The notes under the pieces are model-generated. The model was not told the DNA's origin. It did no database searches and saw only the letters and a list, made by a program, of their open reading frames with translations. The translations under genes and the position numbers were made by a program. Shown piece after piece: positions 36,310 through 50,793 of a DNA stretch of 64,000 nucleotides. Origin of the DNA: the human T2T-CHM13v2.0 reference genome, Homo sapiens. Location of the stretch: the NCBI RefSeq assembly GCF_009914755.1, contig NC_060925.1, one strand, 5' to 3'. Positions within the stretch are counted from its first letter, which is position 1. Each line of letters starts with the position of its first letter.

Positions 36310-37241
36310 ATTATAACAATAAGAAACATATATTTGGTCTCTGTCCTCAGTTCCTGGCACAGAGCTCCCCAAATCCTTGGAATTTCCTGAGTGGTAGGGG
36401 TGCTGTGAGAAATCTTTTGTTCAAATATTTCATCTTTGACCCTGGTTCCTGACACAGAGCTTGTAAATTCTTTGGCATTTCCTGGGTGACTGGAGCATCT
36501 TTTAGTCTAATAAGGTGACTCTTGAAGGCTCCTGGATGGGGCATGGTCATCAGAAAGATTGAGCCAGGATTAGGAGCCTGGAACTTTCAGCCCCATTCCC
36601 TTCCTCTGGGAAGGAAAGAGGGGCTAGATATTGAGTCAGTAATCCATCAGGCCTATGGGATAAAGTCGACATGAAAACCCCTAAACTATGGGGTTTGGAG
36701 AATTTCCATATGACCAAACATGTGGGTGCGCCTGTAGGGTGCAGCTCTGTAGAGAGAGCATGGAAGCCCCACACCCCAGCCCCCATGCCTGGTCCTAAGC
36801 ACCTCCCATCTGGCTGCCCCTGTGTGCCCTTTGGAATCCCCTCTATTGGCATAAAATGCTAGTGAACATAAGCATGTGTTTCCCTGAGTTCTGTAAGCCA
36901 TCCTAGCAAATTAATCGAATGGGAGAAGGGGTTGTGGGAAGCTCCAATTTGTAGTCAGGTCAGACAGAAGTTGGGGGCAAGCAGACTTGCAACTGGCATG
37001 TGAAGTGTGGGCAGCCTCTGGGACTGAGCCCTTCACCTGTGGGGTCCGATGCTACCTCCAGGTAGGTAGCATGAGGATTAAATTGAACCGGAGGACACCC
37101 TGTCAGTGACCCCTGGAGAACTTCTTGGCGTGTGGGGGAAAAGTCCCACTGGTCTGGTGTAGGAAGTGAAGTATGGGTAGCGGTGAGAGTAAGAGCCTGA
37201 CTGGTTTTGCTTCTCTGTTTGCTTCTCTGTGGCCTCATACA
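36310..37241 (+). mobile_element. LTR, MER21C-like
   Basis: AATAAGAAACATATATTTGGTCTCTGTCCTCAGTTCCTGGCACAGAGCTCC...GGAATTTCCTGAG; TTTCCCTGAGTTCTGTAAGCCATCCTAGCAAATTAATCGAA. Confidence 0.85.
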
Positions 37242-37337
37242 GAGTCCCTGTAGAAGAGAGCCTGAGTTGGGTGCAGCATCAAGGGCTCAGGTGCATGGTT
37301 GATAAGCCTGTAAGAATGAGGAAATCCACACCTTCCC

Positions 37338-37847
37338 TGCTGTGCTCTGAATTTCTGTGCTCCTCAAAACCTCATATGTTGAAAGCCTCACACCCAAGGG
37401 GATGGAATTAGGAGGTGGGGGTCTCTGGGAGGTGATTACATCATAGAGACTGAGCCCTCATAAAGGAGATGAGTGTTCTTATAAAAGAGACCCCCTGGCT
37501 GGGCATGGTGGCTCACATCTGTAATCCCAGCACTTTGGGAGGCCGAGGCAGGAAGATCACTGGAGCCCAGGAGTTCAAGACCAGCGTGGGTAACACAGCA
37601 AGACTCTGTCTCAAAAAAAAAAAAAAAAAAAAAAGAGACACGTAAGACCTGCCTTGCCCCTTCCACTGCATGAAGACACAGCAAGAAGGTGCTGTCCATG
37701 AACCAGGAAGTGGGTCCTCAGCACCACTGAGTTTGCCGGTGCCTTGATCTTGAACTTCCCAGCTTCCACAAATGTGAGAAATACACACTTTTGTCGTCTA
37801 TAAGACACTAAGTTTATGACATTTTGCTCTAGCAGCCCGAACAGACT
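37338..37847 (+). mobile_element. MaLR LTR (MLT1A-like) split by an Alu monomer
   Basis: TGCTGTGCTCTGAATTTCTGTG...AGGAGGTGGGG...GCCTTGATCTTGAACTTCCCAGC...TAGCAGCCCGAACAGACT. Confidence 0.8.
37497..37634 (+). mobile_element. Alu monomer (FLAM_C-like or half Alu)
   Basis: Single left-arm-like monomer followed directly by poly(A). Confidence 0.88.
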
Positions 37848-39391
37848 CGGGCCTTCCACCACGCATTTTTCTTAAGGAGGTGAATGTAGTCTTTGCCCTT
37901 TGAGCTGGCAGCCCTAGTTTGAGGGTGATGGACTCCCATAGACAGCACATCACCTGGTGTTTCCAGGAAGGGCCCCGGGGGGTTTCTGGCTCCTTGGGTA
38001 TTGTGGCTCACTGTTAGAACCCTTCTCTCAGTAGGAGGATGAGACACCTTTACCTGTTGCCACCAAACCTCAGAGCCTTCCTGATGGAGAAGCTGTCTCC
38101 TCCACTAGAAGCTGGAGGTGGGCACGTTGAGGGGACAGGAGTGGATCTGGCAGTTGTCTCACTGAAGCAGTTCCCAGGAGCAGCACCATTCTGGAAGCTG
38201 GCCTCCATCCTCCCAGTGCCATGAGAAAGGCCAGTCCCAGGCTCAATGAAGAGACTTGTGGAGCAGCCCCACATGGCCCGAACTGGAAACAAACCTCTGC
38301 GGCTTGGGAGCCACTGGGATTGGGGGATTGTTTCTTACTGCAGCCTTTTAGTGAAACCTGGCTCCCATTGGCATGTTGCCCCCAAATCCTCCTTTGGGGA
38401 CTTCAAGTCTAAAAATCCTCCTGAGCAAGAACTTGGGGCCTGTGTGGATCCAGGCACTGGATGTTTTCACAAGAGAAGCAGTGGCGAGAACAGATGCAGA
38501 CCACGACACCCGTGCTCCTTACTGAGATGGGGATAGCATCAATAAGGAGGTGCCCAGTGCACATTTCTAGTCTGAAATATTTATGGATTGGCACATACCC
38601 TAGAAAGAAGCTGTCACAATCGGTGGCATGTGCTGGAATGCTGGCAGGACAGAATGATCAGAAACCAAGCTTAGAAACAACCCTGCTCACTGGCTTTCTT
38701 CCTGGCGAGTTATTGGGGCTAGTCCAGCCCTACAGCTCTCAGCTTCAACACTGGCATGTCTTGTCCTCCCTGCAATAACAGACAGACCTGATCCCTGCAA
38801 GATGGCCAGGACGCTGTCACCAGCCATCTCAGCCCATTCTCCCTCCAACCCTGGCAGGTTGGTAGGACAGATCTTACCCCTGTTTTAGACATGAGGGGCT
38901 GGAAGTTGGGGAGTTTAAGTGGCCTCTTTCGTCCAGGTGACAATGAAACTCTGATGATTACAAATCCCACATTATTGACATTATATCTGTGTCTTTCAAT
39001 GTGCATTTTGCAGAAAACTACTTATGTGGATTATAAAAGATATGCTTTAAATACAGGACATATGTTTAAAAATATGGGGAATGCTGGGCTGCATGAAACT
39101 GATGCTGTCACCCCAGGGAGTCTCAGAGCTTTGCTACGCGATGGTGAACTGTGGATCTCCAGGCAGCAGCAGCGATCCTGTCACTGGTTGAATTTGGGTC
39201 TCAATTCTGCCCTCCCCTACAGTCGTGTCCTGTCTTGGTGTGGTGGCTGACGTGTACTTCCTTCTGCTTGAGTTGGAAGTGGCCACATGACTAGCTTCAG
39301 CTGTTGGAATATTCCAGGACATGACCAAGCAGGATCTGAAATATGTTGTGTGATTGGCTTTGCCTTCTTTCACCATAAGAAAAGATACGTG

Positions 39392-39711
<320 letters not shown>

Positions 39712-41945
39712 GATACCTGAGTAGCCACTGATCCAAGCCAGATGAAAGGCCCGCAGGTAAGATGCGGACCCCACCAGCTTGCCACCCAGCCCAGCTAAGG
39801 CCAGTCTGGACAGGCCAAACTCCTGCTGGCCTGTGGTCGTGTGGGCGGTGGATATTACAGAGCTTGAGTTTCAGGGAGTTCTTCTAGACAGCAGTCTTGT
39901 GGCAGTAGCTGACATATTGTGCTGTTTTTTTCTCTCTTTTTTGACCACAGAATCCTTTGTTTGGTGAGTAGCTGCAGAACACACTTGGGGTATATCCAGA
40001 AATCTATCCTAAGACTCTGCCAGAAAGCATGTTCATAGCATGGCCAAGGCATTTACTGTGAGTGGATGGCCTGGCAGAGGCAGGGAGGGATGCTCACTGC
40101 ACATTCAAGCCTCTTGCTTATTTCTTAAAAAATCCACCTCTGCAAATTTCATACAAAAGGGGATAGGGTTAGACCAGGGCCATTGAGCACACTTCCCCTG
40201 CCTGAGCACAATGCGTGCATCCTTCATGATCAGCATTCCTGTTGTGTGATGTCATGGCCTGTAGAAGAAAGAGGTGGGCAATGTCCATCAGCTGAGAGGA
40301 CCCTATCAAGGTCATGGCTTCTCGGAGCTAAGGGGCATGGCCCTTGCCACAGTGCTTGGCAGCAATTAGCCAATCCCTTCATCCCTGGGGATCACCACCA
40401 TGGGTGGTGTGGTCACAGGGTTGGATATACTGTAATATTCATGGGGCTCTGAGGTAGGTCTTGTGGTTCTTCTTCTTTAGGACACAAATATGCATTCATG
40501 AAATGAGATCATCTTTTTCTTAGACTCCCCCTTATTTACTGTAAGACCCTGTCGAGCTGTCACTCAGGGAAAAGAACCTGAGTTATCTCCAGGGCCTTCA
40601 GACTTTTGCTCAGATCCTCAATTTGGATGAAAAGAGAAAAAGAAGAGCAGTTTCCAGTGTGGCGCATCTGCAGTCCCATGGGGAGAGGCTGCTGGCTTGC
40701 TCCAAAAGGGACCTGCTGGGTGCGGGGTGGAACATTCTGGTGGGTTCTCAATTTGCTGCATCCCACGGCGTGCATCCCTGAGGGTGAGGCATCCATGGGT
40801 ACTGCTGCGTGCGATGGGAACATGGGGATGTGCCATCTCCTGCTACCTCTCCCAGGTGCCCCCTCACGTCTTCCTAATGGAAAACAGCCGTGGGATGTGT
40901 CTTCATGACATTGGGATGGCCACACAGAAGCAGGTCACCAGGAATGGCAGTGCCTCTGAATCCTGGTGCAATTGGACCAGAGAGTCAGTATCTCCCAAAT
41001 GTATGGGAAAGTCCCCATCCCAAGAACAGATCAAGAAAGTCTTTTCTGACTTTTGCCATGGTAAGAAATTGTGAAAGAAGCAAGCCCCAATAACTCAAAG
41101 CAGATGAAGTGTGACCTATCTGAAATTTGTAATCTTTCAACCCTATTAATCCCCTGGCATTTTCTTTCCTTCCGGCTTAAAGGGAGGTCGTTTTTCAACC
41201 TTTCCAAGCACCACTGGACTTGCAGTGTCCCCAGGCTTTGGGATTAGAAGATGCAGGAGGAAGGGAAATGTCTTCTCTGGCTTTTGGCCCTAGCTCTTAA
41301 AGAGGCAGCAAGGGTTGACGTCCACCTCCAGGGCACTGATATTTCTCATTATTTATATCCAGTGGCAGGGTAGAATGTTGGAAGGAAGACAGAGAGTACT
41401 GAATCCCTTGTCCTGAAAAAATTCTGTAATATAGGAGCAGCCAGTTGACTTCCCTGTGTCCTTATCCCTCTGTACACAGGACAAAACAGGCCTAGGAGGG
41501 CAAGAGAGTGCTGAGAAGGGCCTGGGTGGTCAGAGCATTCCACAGAACCAAGGGAACACTCTTTGTGCACAAAGAACCTCTGTAACGTTTCCTTGCTGCT
41601 TTTTTTCCCCCTTCAAAATGAATTTGTCCTGTTTTAGGAAAAGGCACTTAAGGTAAGTCTAACTTTTTCTTGATTTATTTCCTAGGTAGGATCCGAAATA
41701 AATGAAAACAGGTGCGTTGTTTGCCAGCTCCTAGATAGCAGATCTTGAAGCTTGAGAGACCTAAATTGAGGAAAATCGAAGATGCAGAGCAGTTAAATGC
41801 CTGGCCCTTGCTAGCCGGAGGGGGAACATGGACAGATAGACAAGCCAGAGGTCGGCAATGATAACCTGGGGGACACAACCAGCTCTCCCCTGCATTTTTT
41901 CCAATTGTGGTAAAATACACATAAAACTTAACATATGAGCCACTC

Positions 41946-42577
<632 letters not shown>

Positions 42578-43199
42578 TAAACGCAAATGATGTTGTGCAA
42601 CCATCACCACCCTCCATCTTCAACTTTTTGTATCCTACGAAATCAAAACCCTGTCCCCTTAAACACTCACTCCACAAAGCCCTTCCCCGAGCCCCTTGCA
42701 CCCGCCATTCTACTGTCTGTCTCTATAAATGTTACGGCCCTAGAGAGCTCCTATAAGTGGAATACTACAGTCTCTGTCCTTTTGTGATTGATCTCAAAGT
42801 TTATCCATTTTGTGGCAGGTGCCAGGGCTTCTGTTTTAAGGCTGAGTAATTTTCCGTGGTGTGGATGGACCACATTTTGCTTATTCATTCATCTTTCTCA
42901 GAGGACACTTGGGCTTCTTCCTCCTCTTGGCTCCTGTGGGTAATGCTGCTGTGAACACGGGTGTGCAGGCAGCTCTTCAAGACTCTGCTTTCCACTCTTT
43001 TGGTATACACCCCGAAGTGGGATTGCTGGATCGTTGGATAATTCTACCTTTAATTTTTTGAGGAGCTGTCATACTATTTTCCATAGCCTCTGCACCATTT
43101 TACAATTCTCACCAACAGCACATAGAGTTCTGATTTCTCCACATCCTCACCGACACCTGTTATTACCTGTTTTCTTTTTTTTCCATAGTAGCCACCCTC

Positions 43200-43391
43200 C
43201 TCCCCCTGCGTTTGTCAATAAAGCTTTATTGGGACATACTGGGACACAACCACACCCATTCATGTACATATTGCCTATGGCTGCTTTCCCGCTATAGTGG
43301 CAGAGCTGTGTCATTGTACAAGACCACTTGGCCCACAAAGCCTAAAATATCGATCAGCTTGTCCTCTACAGAATAAATCTGCCAGCCCCTG
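43200..43391. mobile_element. MER58A-like hAT transposon
   Basis: TTTGTCAATAAAGCTTTATTGGGACA...TGGCCCACAAAGCCTAAAATAT...TGCCAGCCCCTG. Confidence 0.8.
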
Positions 43392-44743
43392 ACACACACA
43401 CACAGATTCCTCAGTAGAATTCCTGGATTTGCAGTGGCTTCTAAGATCCCCCAGTGTAACTGAGAGTCATGTGAAGAAACTGTGCTTGATTAAACCATGT
43501 CACATTGTGTACATACATCAAAATATAGCATTGAGCCTCATAAATATACACATTCATGATCTGCCAATCAAGACTATTGTTAATACTAATTTAAAAAGAA
43601 GAAAAAGGAAGTCAGCTGTCAAAACGTTTCGCCATCAGTCTCCTGGGCCGATGACATGGCTGACCTATAAATGCATGAGCAGGTCTTAGCAGGGGCTATA
43701 GTTTCTCCACTCTGTGGCCTCAGTCCATCCCAGTCTCCCACAGCTATGGACAGTTTCCAGAGAGCTGGGTATGAGGGGTCACTATAATTCCATCAACCCA
43801 TGGGCACAGGAGGCAGTAATGTACACCTCCCACATCTACAAGACTGTCCCCAGCAGGCTCCCTCCCCATGGCTGTGGTTTCTCAGAGGACCTTCATCAGG
43901 AGTGAGGCCCAGAGGCCACCCCTTAGCACACTTTTGTTTCTCTCCTCCCTGTCTCTTCATTTTTCTATTGCCCACTGTGATTCCTGGGTCTCTTGGCAGG
44001 TAAACTACCTGAACCCAAGTCCTGTCTTTGGGGAGGCCCTTGGGATAACCAGTCTAAGAAGCTAGTACTTATGAGGCACTTACTCCATGCCAGGTTCTGG
44101 GCTAATTGCTTCCATGTGAATATTATGTGTGCCATTTTTCCACATAAGCACCTTCACCCTGAAAACATCTTTCCTGGGCAGGCAGTGATAGCAGTGGGGG
44201 CAGAGGCAGGTTTGCTGAAGCCTGAAACTTGTTCAATTTTGAATGCTCTCTTTAAGAAAAATTATGCTGGGACATTCGTATTTGTTTAGAGTGGGAAAAT
44301 ACATTTGAAAAATTACAAATTTTAAAAAGCTGATAAGTGCCACAAACAAACAAATAAAAAGTATATCGATAACATTGTTTTATTTAACCACCTGACACAG
44401 CTCTGACCTGGTGCCCCACATCACAGCATGGGATGAGTTGGCCCAGTAGATGATTAGAAAGTTTGGGGGGGTCATTCTTCCATGGGTACCCTAGCTGTTA
44501 TGGGCTGAGTTATGTCACCCCAAAATTCACATGTTGAAGTCCTAACGCTCAGTATCTGGGAATATGACTGCATTTGGAGATAGGATTTTTAAAGAGATGA
44601 ATAATTATGGTGGACCCTCATCCAGTAGGATTGGTTTCCTAATAAGAAGAGGTCAGAACACAGACACACATGGAGGAATGACCATGTGAGAACACAGGGA
44701 GAAGACGTCATCTACAAGCCAAGAGACCTCAAAGGAAGCCAAC

Positions 44744-45512
44744 TGTATTAGTCCATTCCTGCATTGCTGTAAAGAACTACCTGAGACTGGGTGGTTTATA
44801 AAGAAAAGAGGTTTAATTGCCTCACGGTTCTGTAGGCTGTACAGGAAGCATGGCTGGGGAGACCTCAGGAAACTTACAATCATGGCGGAAGGCGAAGGAG
44901 AAGCAGGCATGTCTTACACGGCCACAGCAGGAGGAAGAGAGAGAGAAGAGGGAGGTGCTACCCACTTTTAAACAACCAGATCTCATGGGAACTCTATCAT
45001 GAGAACAGCACTAGGGGGACGGTGCTAAACCATCAGAAACCACCCGCGTGATCCAATCACCTCCCACCTGGCCCCACCTCCAACACTGGGGATTACAATT
45101 CAACATGAGATTTGGATGGGGACTGATATGGTTTGGCTCTGTGTCCCCACCCAAATCTCATGTGGAACTGTAATCCTCACATGTCAGGGGAGGGACCTGG
45201 TGGGAGGTGATTGGATCGTGGGGGCAGATTTCCTATATGCCGTTCTCGTGATAGTGAGTGAGTTCTCATGAGACCTGATTGTTTAAAAGTGTGGCACTTC
45301 CCCCTTTTCTCTCTCTCTCCTGCCGTCATAAAAGATGTGCCTTGCTTCCCCTTCATGTTCCACCATGATTGTAAGTTTCCTGAGGCATCCCCAGCTGTGC
45401 AGAACTGTGAGTCCTTTAAACCTCTTTTCTTTCTAAATTACCCAGCCTAAAGTAATTCTTTATAGTAGTGTAAAAATGAACTAATACAGGAACATAGATC
45501 CAAACCATATCA
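44744..45512 (-). mobile_element. MSTA-like solo LTR inserted in MLT1B
   Basis: TGTATTAGTCC...CCAAACCATATCA termini, perfect 5-bp TSD CCAAC. Confidence 0.92.
45124..45488 (+). mobile_element. MSTA-like solo LTR inserted in the opposite-strand MSTA
   Basis: TGATATGGTTTGGCTCTGTGTCCCCACCCAAATC...CTAATACA; TSD GGGAC/GGAAC. Confidence 0.92.
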
Positions 45513-47039
45513 CCAACCCTGCCAACACCTTGAGCTTGGACTTCCAGCCTCCAGAACTGTGAGACAGTAAGCTTCCATTGTTTACGATGCCCAGTCTGTG
45601 GTACTTCCTTCTGGCAGACCCGGGAAGCTCATACACTAGCAATAATTAGCCATATGGAGAAGTGGCTGTGATTGCAGGATCCATCCCATTGACTCAAACT
45701 AAAGATATCCCCAACTCAACTTCCTCTTGGTTGGATCCCCAGCACCCATGGCCACTCCACCAATACCTGAGCCAAGGGTCAAAGGTCTGTGTGACACAGA
45801 CTCTAGTGGAAGGAGATGGCTATGAGGATCCCTGAAGTTTCATTTTCGTTGGCCTCCTGGTGAGTTCTTCAGCCATCCCAGCCCAGAGGCCACCTTGGCT
45901 TCCATGTTTTCATGAGGTCTTGGTACCTTGAAGGTCCAATGTGGATCACTGCAGGACTCTCTGCCGTCGTGGTGAGGCATTTGGTCAGACATTAGACATA
46001 ACACAGCTGTGCTCCTCGACTCAGCTGATGTCATCCTATCCCTAACCAGCTCTGGCCACCCACTTGCTCAAAAACCTCCAGGGTTCTTCTAGAGTCCTCA
46101 GTCTTTTCTGATACTCACATAATTTATGGGATACCCAAAACATGATGGATGTTACAAAAGCTATGGTAGAATTATAGAAGTATAGTTACTGTAAGACCTA
46201 CAAAATGAGGGAAAAGGAAAAAGGATGGTTTTAAAAGATGGAGTGAAACAGGTCTGAAATCCCAGAGCATAGGAATAAGATTATTGTAATAACCACAGCC
46301 TACACATTTGCATTCTACAAAGCACTTTCACAGGCTGAGGGTGTAAACAGATTTCAAAAAGCTTTGCTTAAACTCATTAGGCCTGGGAAGACTATTAGAA
46401 TATCCCCATCATGTAATCTCTGTTTTACAGCTCAGAGAGATCAGATAACTGCTCACCATAGAGAAGCTCCTCGAGAGACTAAGCCTGGATACAAATGTTG
46501 GCCTTCTCACTCCAAATCTTCTTCCTGCATTCCCACAACAGGCTCAGCGGGGCATCATGAGACAGAAAAGCAAATGAGAAAGGTAGGTGGGACCACTAGT
46601 GGGTGGAGAGCTGACTCCCAGGCGGACACAACTGGAGCACTGAGGTGGGGAGGCACATTGGACAGGAGCTGAAGCCCAGGGGGTTGATCACATCAGGGAC
46701 TCATCAGGGAGCCATTTGTCAAATAGGGTTTGGATTGAGGAATTCAGCATTGTCCAGCTGGCCCTCCATGCCCGCTGCCTGAGCACTGAGTTCACCTATG
46801 CCCCTCCCTGGGCAATATCAGGAAATCCAGACTTCTCTCTGGACCACTCTGCTGGGCTCAGGAACTGCAATGCTCTCAATGATTCATTGGAGATGTCCAC
46901 AGGGTGACTCACAGACCTTACAACTCAACACCCCACCACATCCAAAATGGAAGTCAACTTTCCCCAGTCCCCGTGGGTGCCACCACCTTCTCCTTTGTCA
47001 GTGGGGGTCCCTGTTAGAGAATGACACTATTATGCAACC

Positions 47040-47322
47040 CAGGTCATAAGGGTGGTGCCCTGATGCTTATAAGAAGAGACATCAAAGAGTTTATCTCTCT
47101 CTCTCTCTCTTTCTGTATTCTTGCACCAAGGAAAGGCCATGTGAGGTCACAGTGAGAGGGCACTGACCCACAAGCCAGGAAGAGAGCCATGACCAAAAAC
47201 TAACCATGCTGGCATCTTAATCTCAGACTTCCAGCCTCCAGAACTGTGAGAAAATAAGTTTCTGTTGTTTGAGCCGCCAGGTCTGTGGTCTTTCGTTATG
47301 GCAGCCTGAGCCCACTAAGACA
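47040..47322 (+). mobile_element. MaLR LTR fragment (MSTD/MLT1A-like)
   Basis: GACTTCCAGCCTCCAGAACTGTGAGAAAATAAGTTTCTGTTGTTTGAGCC...CACTAAGACA. Confidence 0.8.
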
Positions 47323-48148
47323 TTTGGGTTATGAACATCTTCCATTCCCACGTTCATGGTGGTGTCTCTTATATGATTATTTTTATAAGATAATCTTACA
47401 AGAAATCTTCTATTCAAAAGTGGTCAAACATATCAACCTTCTGTTTTCTGGTTTGTTTTTTTCATCTTGTTTAAAAATCCTTTCCTATCTGATGTCCTGT
47501 GAATTGTCTCCCCTGTTTTCTTTGGAAAGATATTGCACTACTGGCTTTTTATATTCAGGTGTTTAATCCATCCAAAATGTATTTTGTGTACATGACACAG
47601 AGGAGCACTTCTTCTCCAAGCCCGGCATTTCTGCCCATTGGAGAGAGCTCCATGTGGGCGATCCTGGAAGCCTCTCTCCAGCCTCTTTCCTTCACCCCAG
47701 GGAAGTTGAAACACTCACTGGGTTGGCAAACCTGAGAGACAGCGTTTGTTCAGCAACTTCTTTTTGGCTCCCATAAGCTAGTTCCCTGCACACTCTGTGC
47801 TCCTCCTGGATGGACCCATCCTTTGTAGAAAGGAGGCCCTGCCCTGTCCGAGTTCCCTGGGACTGGATGGGAGCTCTGGCCATTTCTCGGGGGCAGTTAG
47901 AAGAACTCATCACTATGCCGACCCCCATCCTCCATCTCAGCCCTACCCATAATAGAGGTGAAGTTGTAGACTTCTACAACACCTTGGTCCTAGAGTTTGT
48001 TTTATGTTTCCATGTGTTCAGAAGCCAGGGGAGAAAAGGGTGCTGTGTAGTCTGTCCCCTCAAAGATCCCAACAGGAAGGGGTGTAGTGGTAACGTGTCC
48101 ATGTAATTTCATCAGGAGGAGATCGTTCTTACCCCTCTGGTCTAAAAC

Positions 48149-48831
48149 TGTAACCTCTCAGTGGGTTCACCTTGCCTGCTGCCCAGACAGAGCCAATTGA
48201 TTAAGACCGGGGAAGTGCAATGGAGAAAGAATAATTCACGCAGCACCAGCTATGTGGGAGACCAGAGTTTTACTATTACTCAAATCAGTCTCCAAAGCAT
48301 TGAGGGATCAGAGTTTTTATAGATAATTTGGCAGGTAGGGGCTTGGGAAGTGAGTTTTCCTTGCTGTTTTCTGTTCCTGGGTGGGTTGGCAGAACTGGTT
48401 GAGCCATTTTACTGGTCTGGGTGGTGTCAGCTGATCCACCCAGTGCAGGGTCTGCAAAACATCTCAGGCACTGATCTTAGGTTTTACAATCGTGATGTTA
48501 TCCACAGGAAGCAATTTGGGGAAGGTTCGGATTCTTGGAGCCAGAGGCTGCATGACCCCTAAACTGTGATTTCTAATCTTGTAGCTAATGTGTTAGTCCT
48601 GCAAAGGCAGACTGGTCCCCAGGCAAGAAGGGAGTCTTTTCGGGGAAAGCGTTATTATCAATTTTGTTTCAGAGTCAAACCATCAACTGAATTCCTTCCC
48701 GAAGTTAGTTCAGCGTACACCCAGGAACGAACAAGGACAGCTTAAAGGTTAGAAGCAAGATGGAGTCGGTTGGTTCTGATTTCTTTCACTGTCATAATTT
48801 CCTGAGTTATAATTTTGCAAAGGCAGTTTCA
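48149..48831 (-). mobile_element. ERV1 solo LTR, LTR8 family
   Basis: TG...CA, perfect TSD AAAC; reverse strand starts TGAAACTGCCTTTGCAAAATTATAACTCAG. Confidence 0.9.
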
Positions 48832-48899
48832 AAACGGTGCGTCTGTCCTAGACCGGCTTCCCAGATGCAGGTGGATTTGTGTCTGGTGCTATCTTTGGT

Positions 48900-49660
48900 G
48901 CCGGAGGTCTATTTTTCTCCCATATTTCAATCACTGGAGCTTCTGTCTTCTGTCTCAGCATGCAGTAAGGAACATCCCGACCTTTCCTTTTTCTTCCCCT
49001 TTAAAATACTCTTGACTCTTCCCAAGTTTTTATTCTTTCATACAAATTCCAGAATAGGTTTGTTAAATTTTTTTAATTGAGGTTTTTATTGAAATTGCAT
49101 TGACTTTATAGATTAATTTGGGAAGGATTGGCAATTTCTATGACATTATATCTTTTTTCTCCATTTAGGTTTGCTTTCATTTTCTCTTACCAACAAAAGT
49201 TTGTCATCTCTGTGAACACCTTGTACTTCTTTTGTGGGGTTTATTTTCAGTAACTTGTACTTGTTTTCCAATTGCAAATGATATTTTTAAAGTAATATTT
49301 TTTGTTATTGGTTGTTGCCAAACTACAGGCATGTTAACAGTTTTGGGGGTTTGCCCCTCATAACCAGAAGCTGTGCAGAGCTCTATTATTTATACTGAGT
49401 TGATCTCTGTTCTCTTGGGTCTTGTGCGTTGTCAGTCATAACAGCTACGAATAATGATGGTTTTTGTGTCTTCCTTTTAAACCCTTGTAACATTTATTTT
49501 TGTTTTTCTTGTCTTACTGTGCTGGTCAGGACCTCCAGCACAAAGCTGAATACAAATGCACCTCCTTTTCTTGTTTCTGATTTTGAAGGGGACTGTTGCT
49601 GGCATGTTTCCATAAAATGTAATGTTTGCCACATGTGTTCTGATAAATATATTTGATCAC
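48900..49660 (-). mobile_element. Degraded antisense L1M fragment
   Basis: TTTATTGAAATTGCATTGACTTTATAGATTAATTTGGGAAGGATTG; GGACCTCCAGCACAAAGCTGAATA. Confidence 0.75.
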
Positions 49661-50793
49661 TGTGGCTTTCATGAACCACAGTAAAAAACAAAACAAAACA
49701 ACCTTTTGACTCCGTGACTAGTGCCCATGTACCTGTGTAAACAGACGTATACCTGAAACAGACACGACCCCAGATGTTACTTATCCTGCCTGCATGACAC
49801 TTGCTCTGGCGGTTTCTATTCTATTCTATTCTTTCTCTTACATGAAATATGCTAAATTCTATGATTTTTCTCATATCAAAAATGATTACAACTCTAAAAT
49901 GCATGGCAACCCATAACTTGAAAATAATGACAACAACAACAATAGCATTGCTTTAGCAGGTTAAGAAGATGAGGAGATTTCTTCTACTTGTAGGAAATTT
50001 ATTTCATATTGTTTTTAATCATGTATTGGCTTGTTGGGAAGCATGAGAGGAACAGACGGGTTAAGGATGACTCCAGGGATCTGGTCTTGGGTCCCTGGAA
50101 AGGTGGCATTGTCCTCTCCTGAGACCGGCACTAGGAGGGAGATGCCAGGCATGTGAAGTGTCCGTCAGCCCTCCAGGTGGAGGTGGGAGCAGGCAGTGTG
50201 CAGGAGCCTTGCATGAGGGGAGAGGCTCAGGCTGGATACAGGTCCTGTTCTGTTACTTCCTATGACTTTCATTGTTTTAACCACACTTGTGTTTTCTTGC
50301 AGGGCCCCAAGCTCATGCGCGCTCTGACCCTCTTGTATGCTTTCACCCACTTATGGGAGAATGGGTCCTCACATATCTCGAGAAGGTTAAATGGAGACTC
50401 ATCTTCATCATGGGTTTGGATTCCCTTGTGAGGCTTCCACGGACATACGGGGAGGGCTTCTCCAGAGAGGGTTTGGATTTGCTGCTGTCAAAGGGAGGCA
50501 TCCCTGGACCACATTAATAATTTGAAGCCGAACTGCAGACCTGCATGTGGCACAGCTCCAGGCTGTTTGTTGTTGGGGCAGATTTTTATTTTTTCATCCT
50601 GAACCCAGGTAGAGGTGTCTGCATTTCCTCATCTCTCCCCATACAGGTGGTGTCTACAGCATCTCTAAGGCTGCCACAACTGATGCAGCACTTTTAGTCA
50701 GGGGTATTGCCTCTGAATCCCCAGTTGCATGGATTCATTTGCTGTTGACACTTTGGTGTTAAAGCCCAAGTTCTTGTTTACAAACATACCTTT

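Larger units (their letters stand above)
44496..45636 (+). mobile_element. MaLR LTR, MLT1B-like (outer element of a triple nest)
   Basis: TGTTATGGGCTGAGTTATGTCACCCCAAAATTCACATGTTGAAGTCC; resumes at 45513 CCAACCCTGCCAACACCTTGAGCTTGGACTTCCAGCCTCCAG. Confidence 0.88.
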
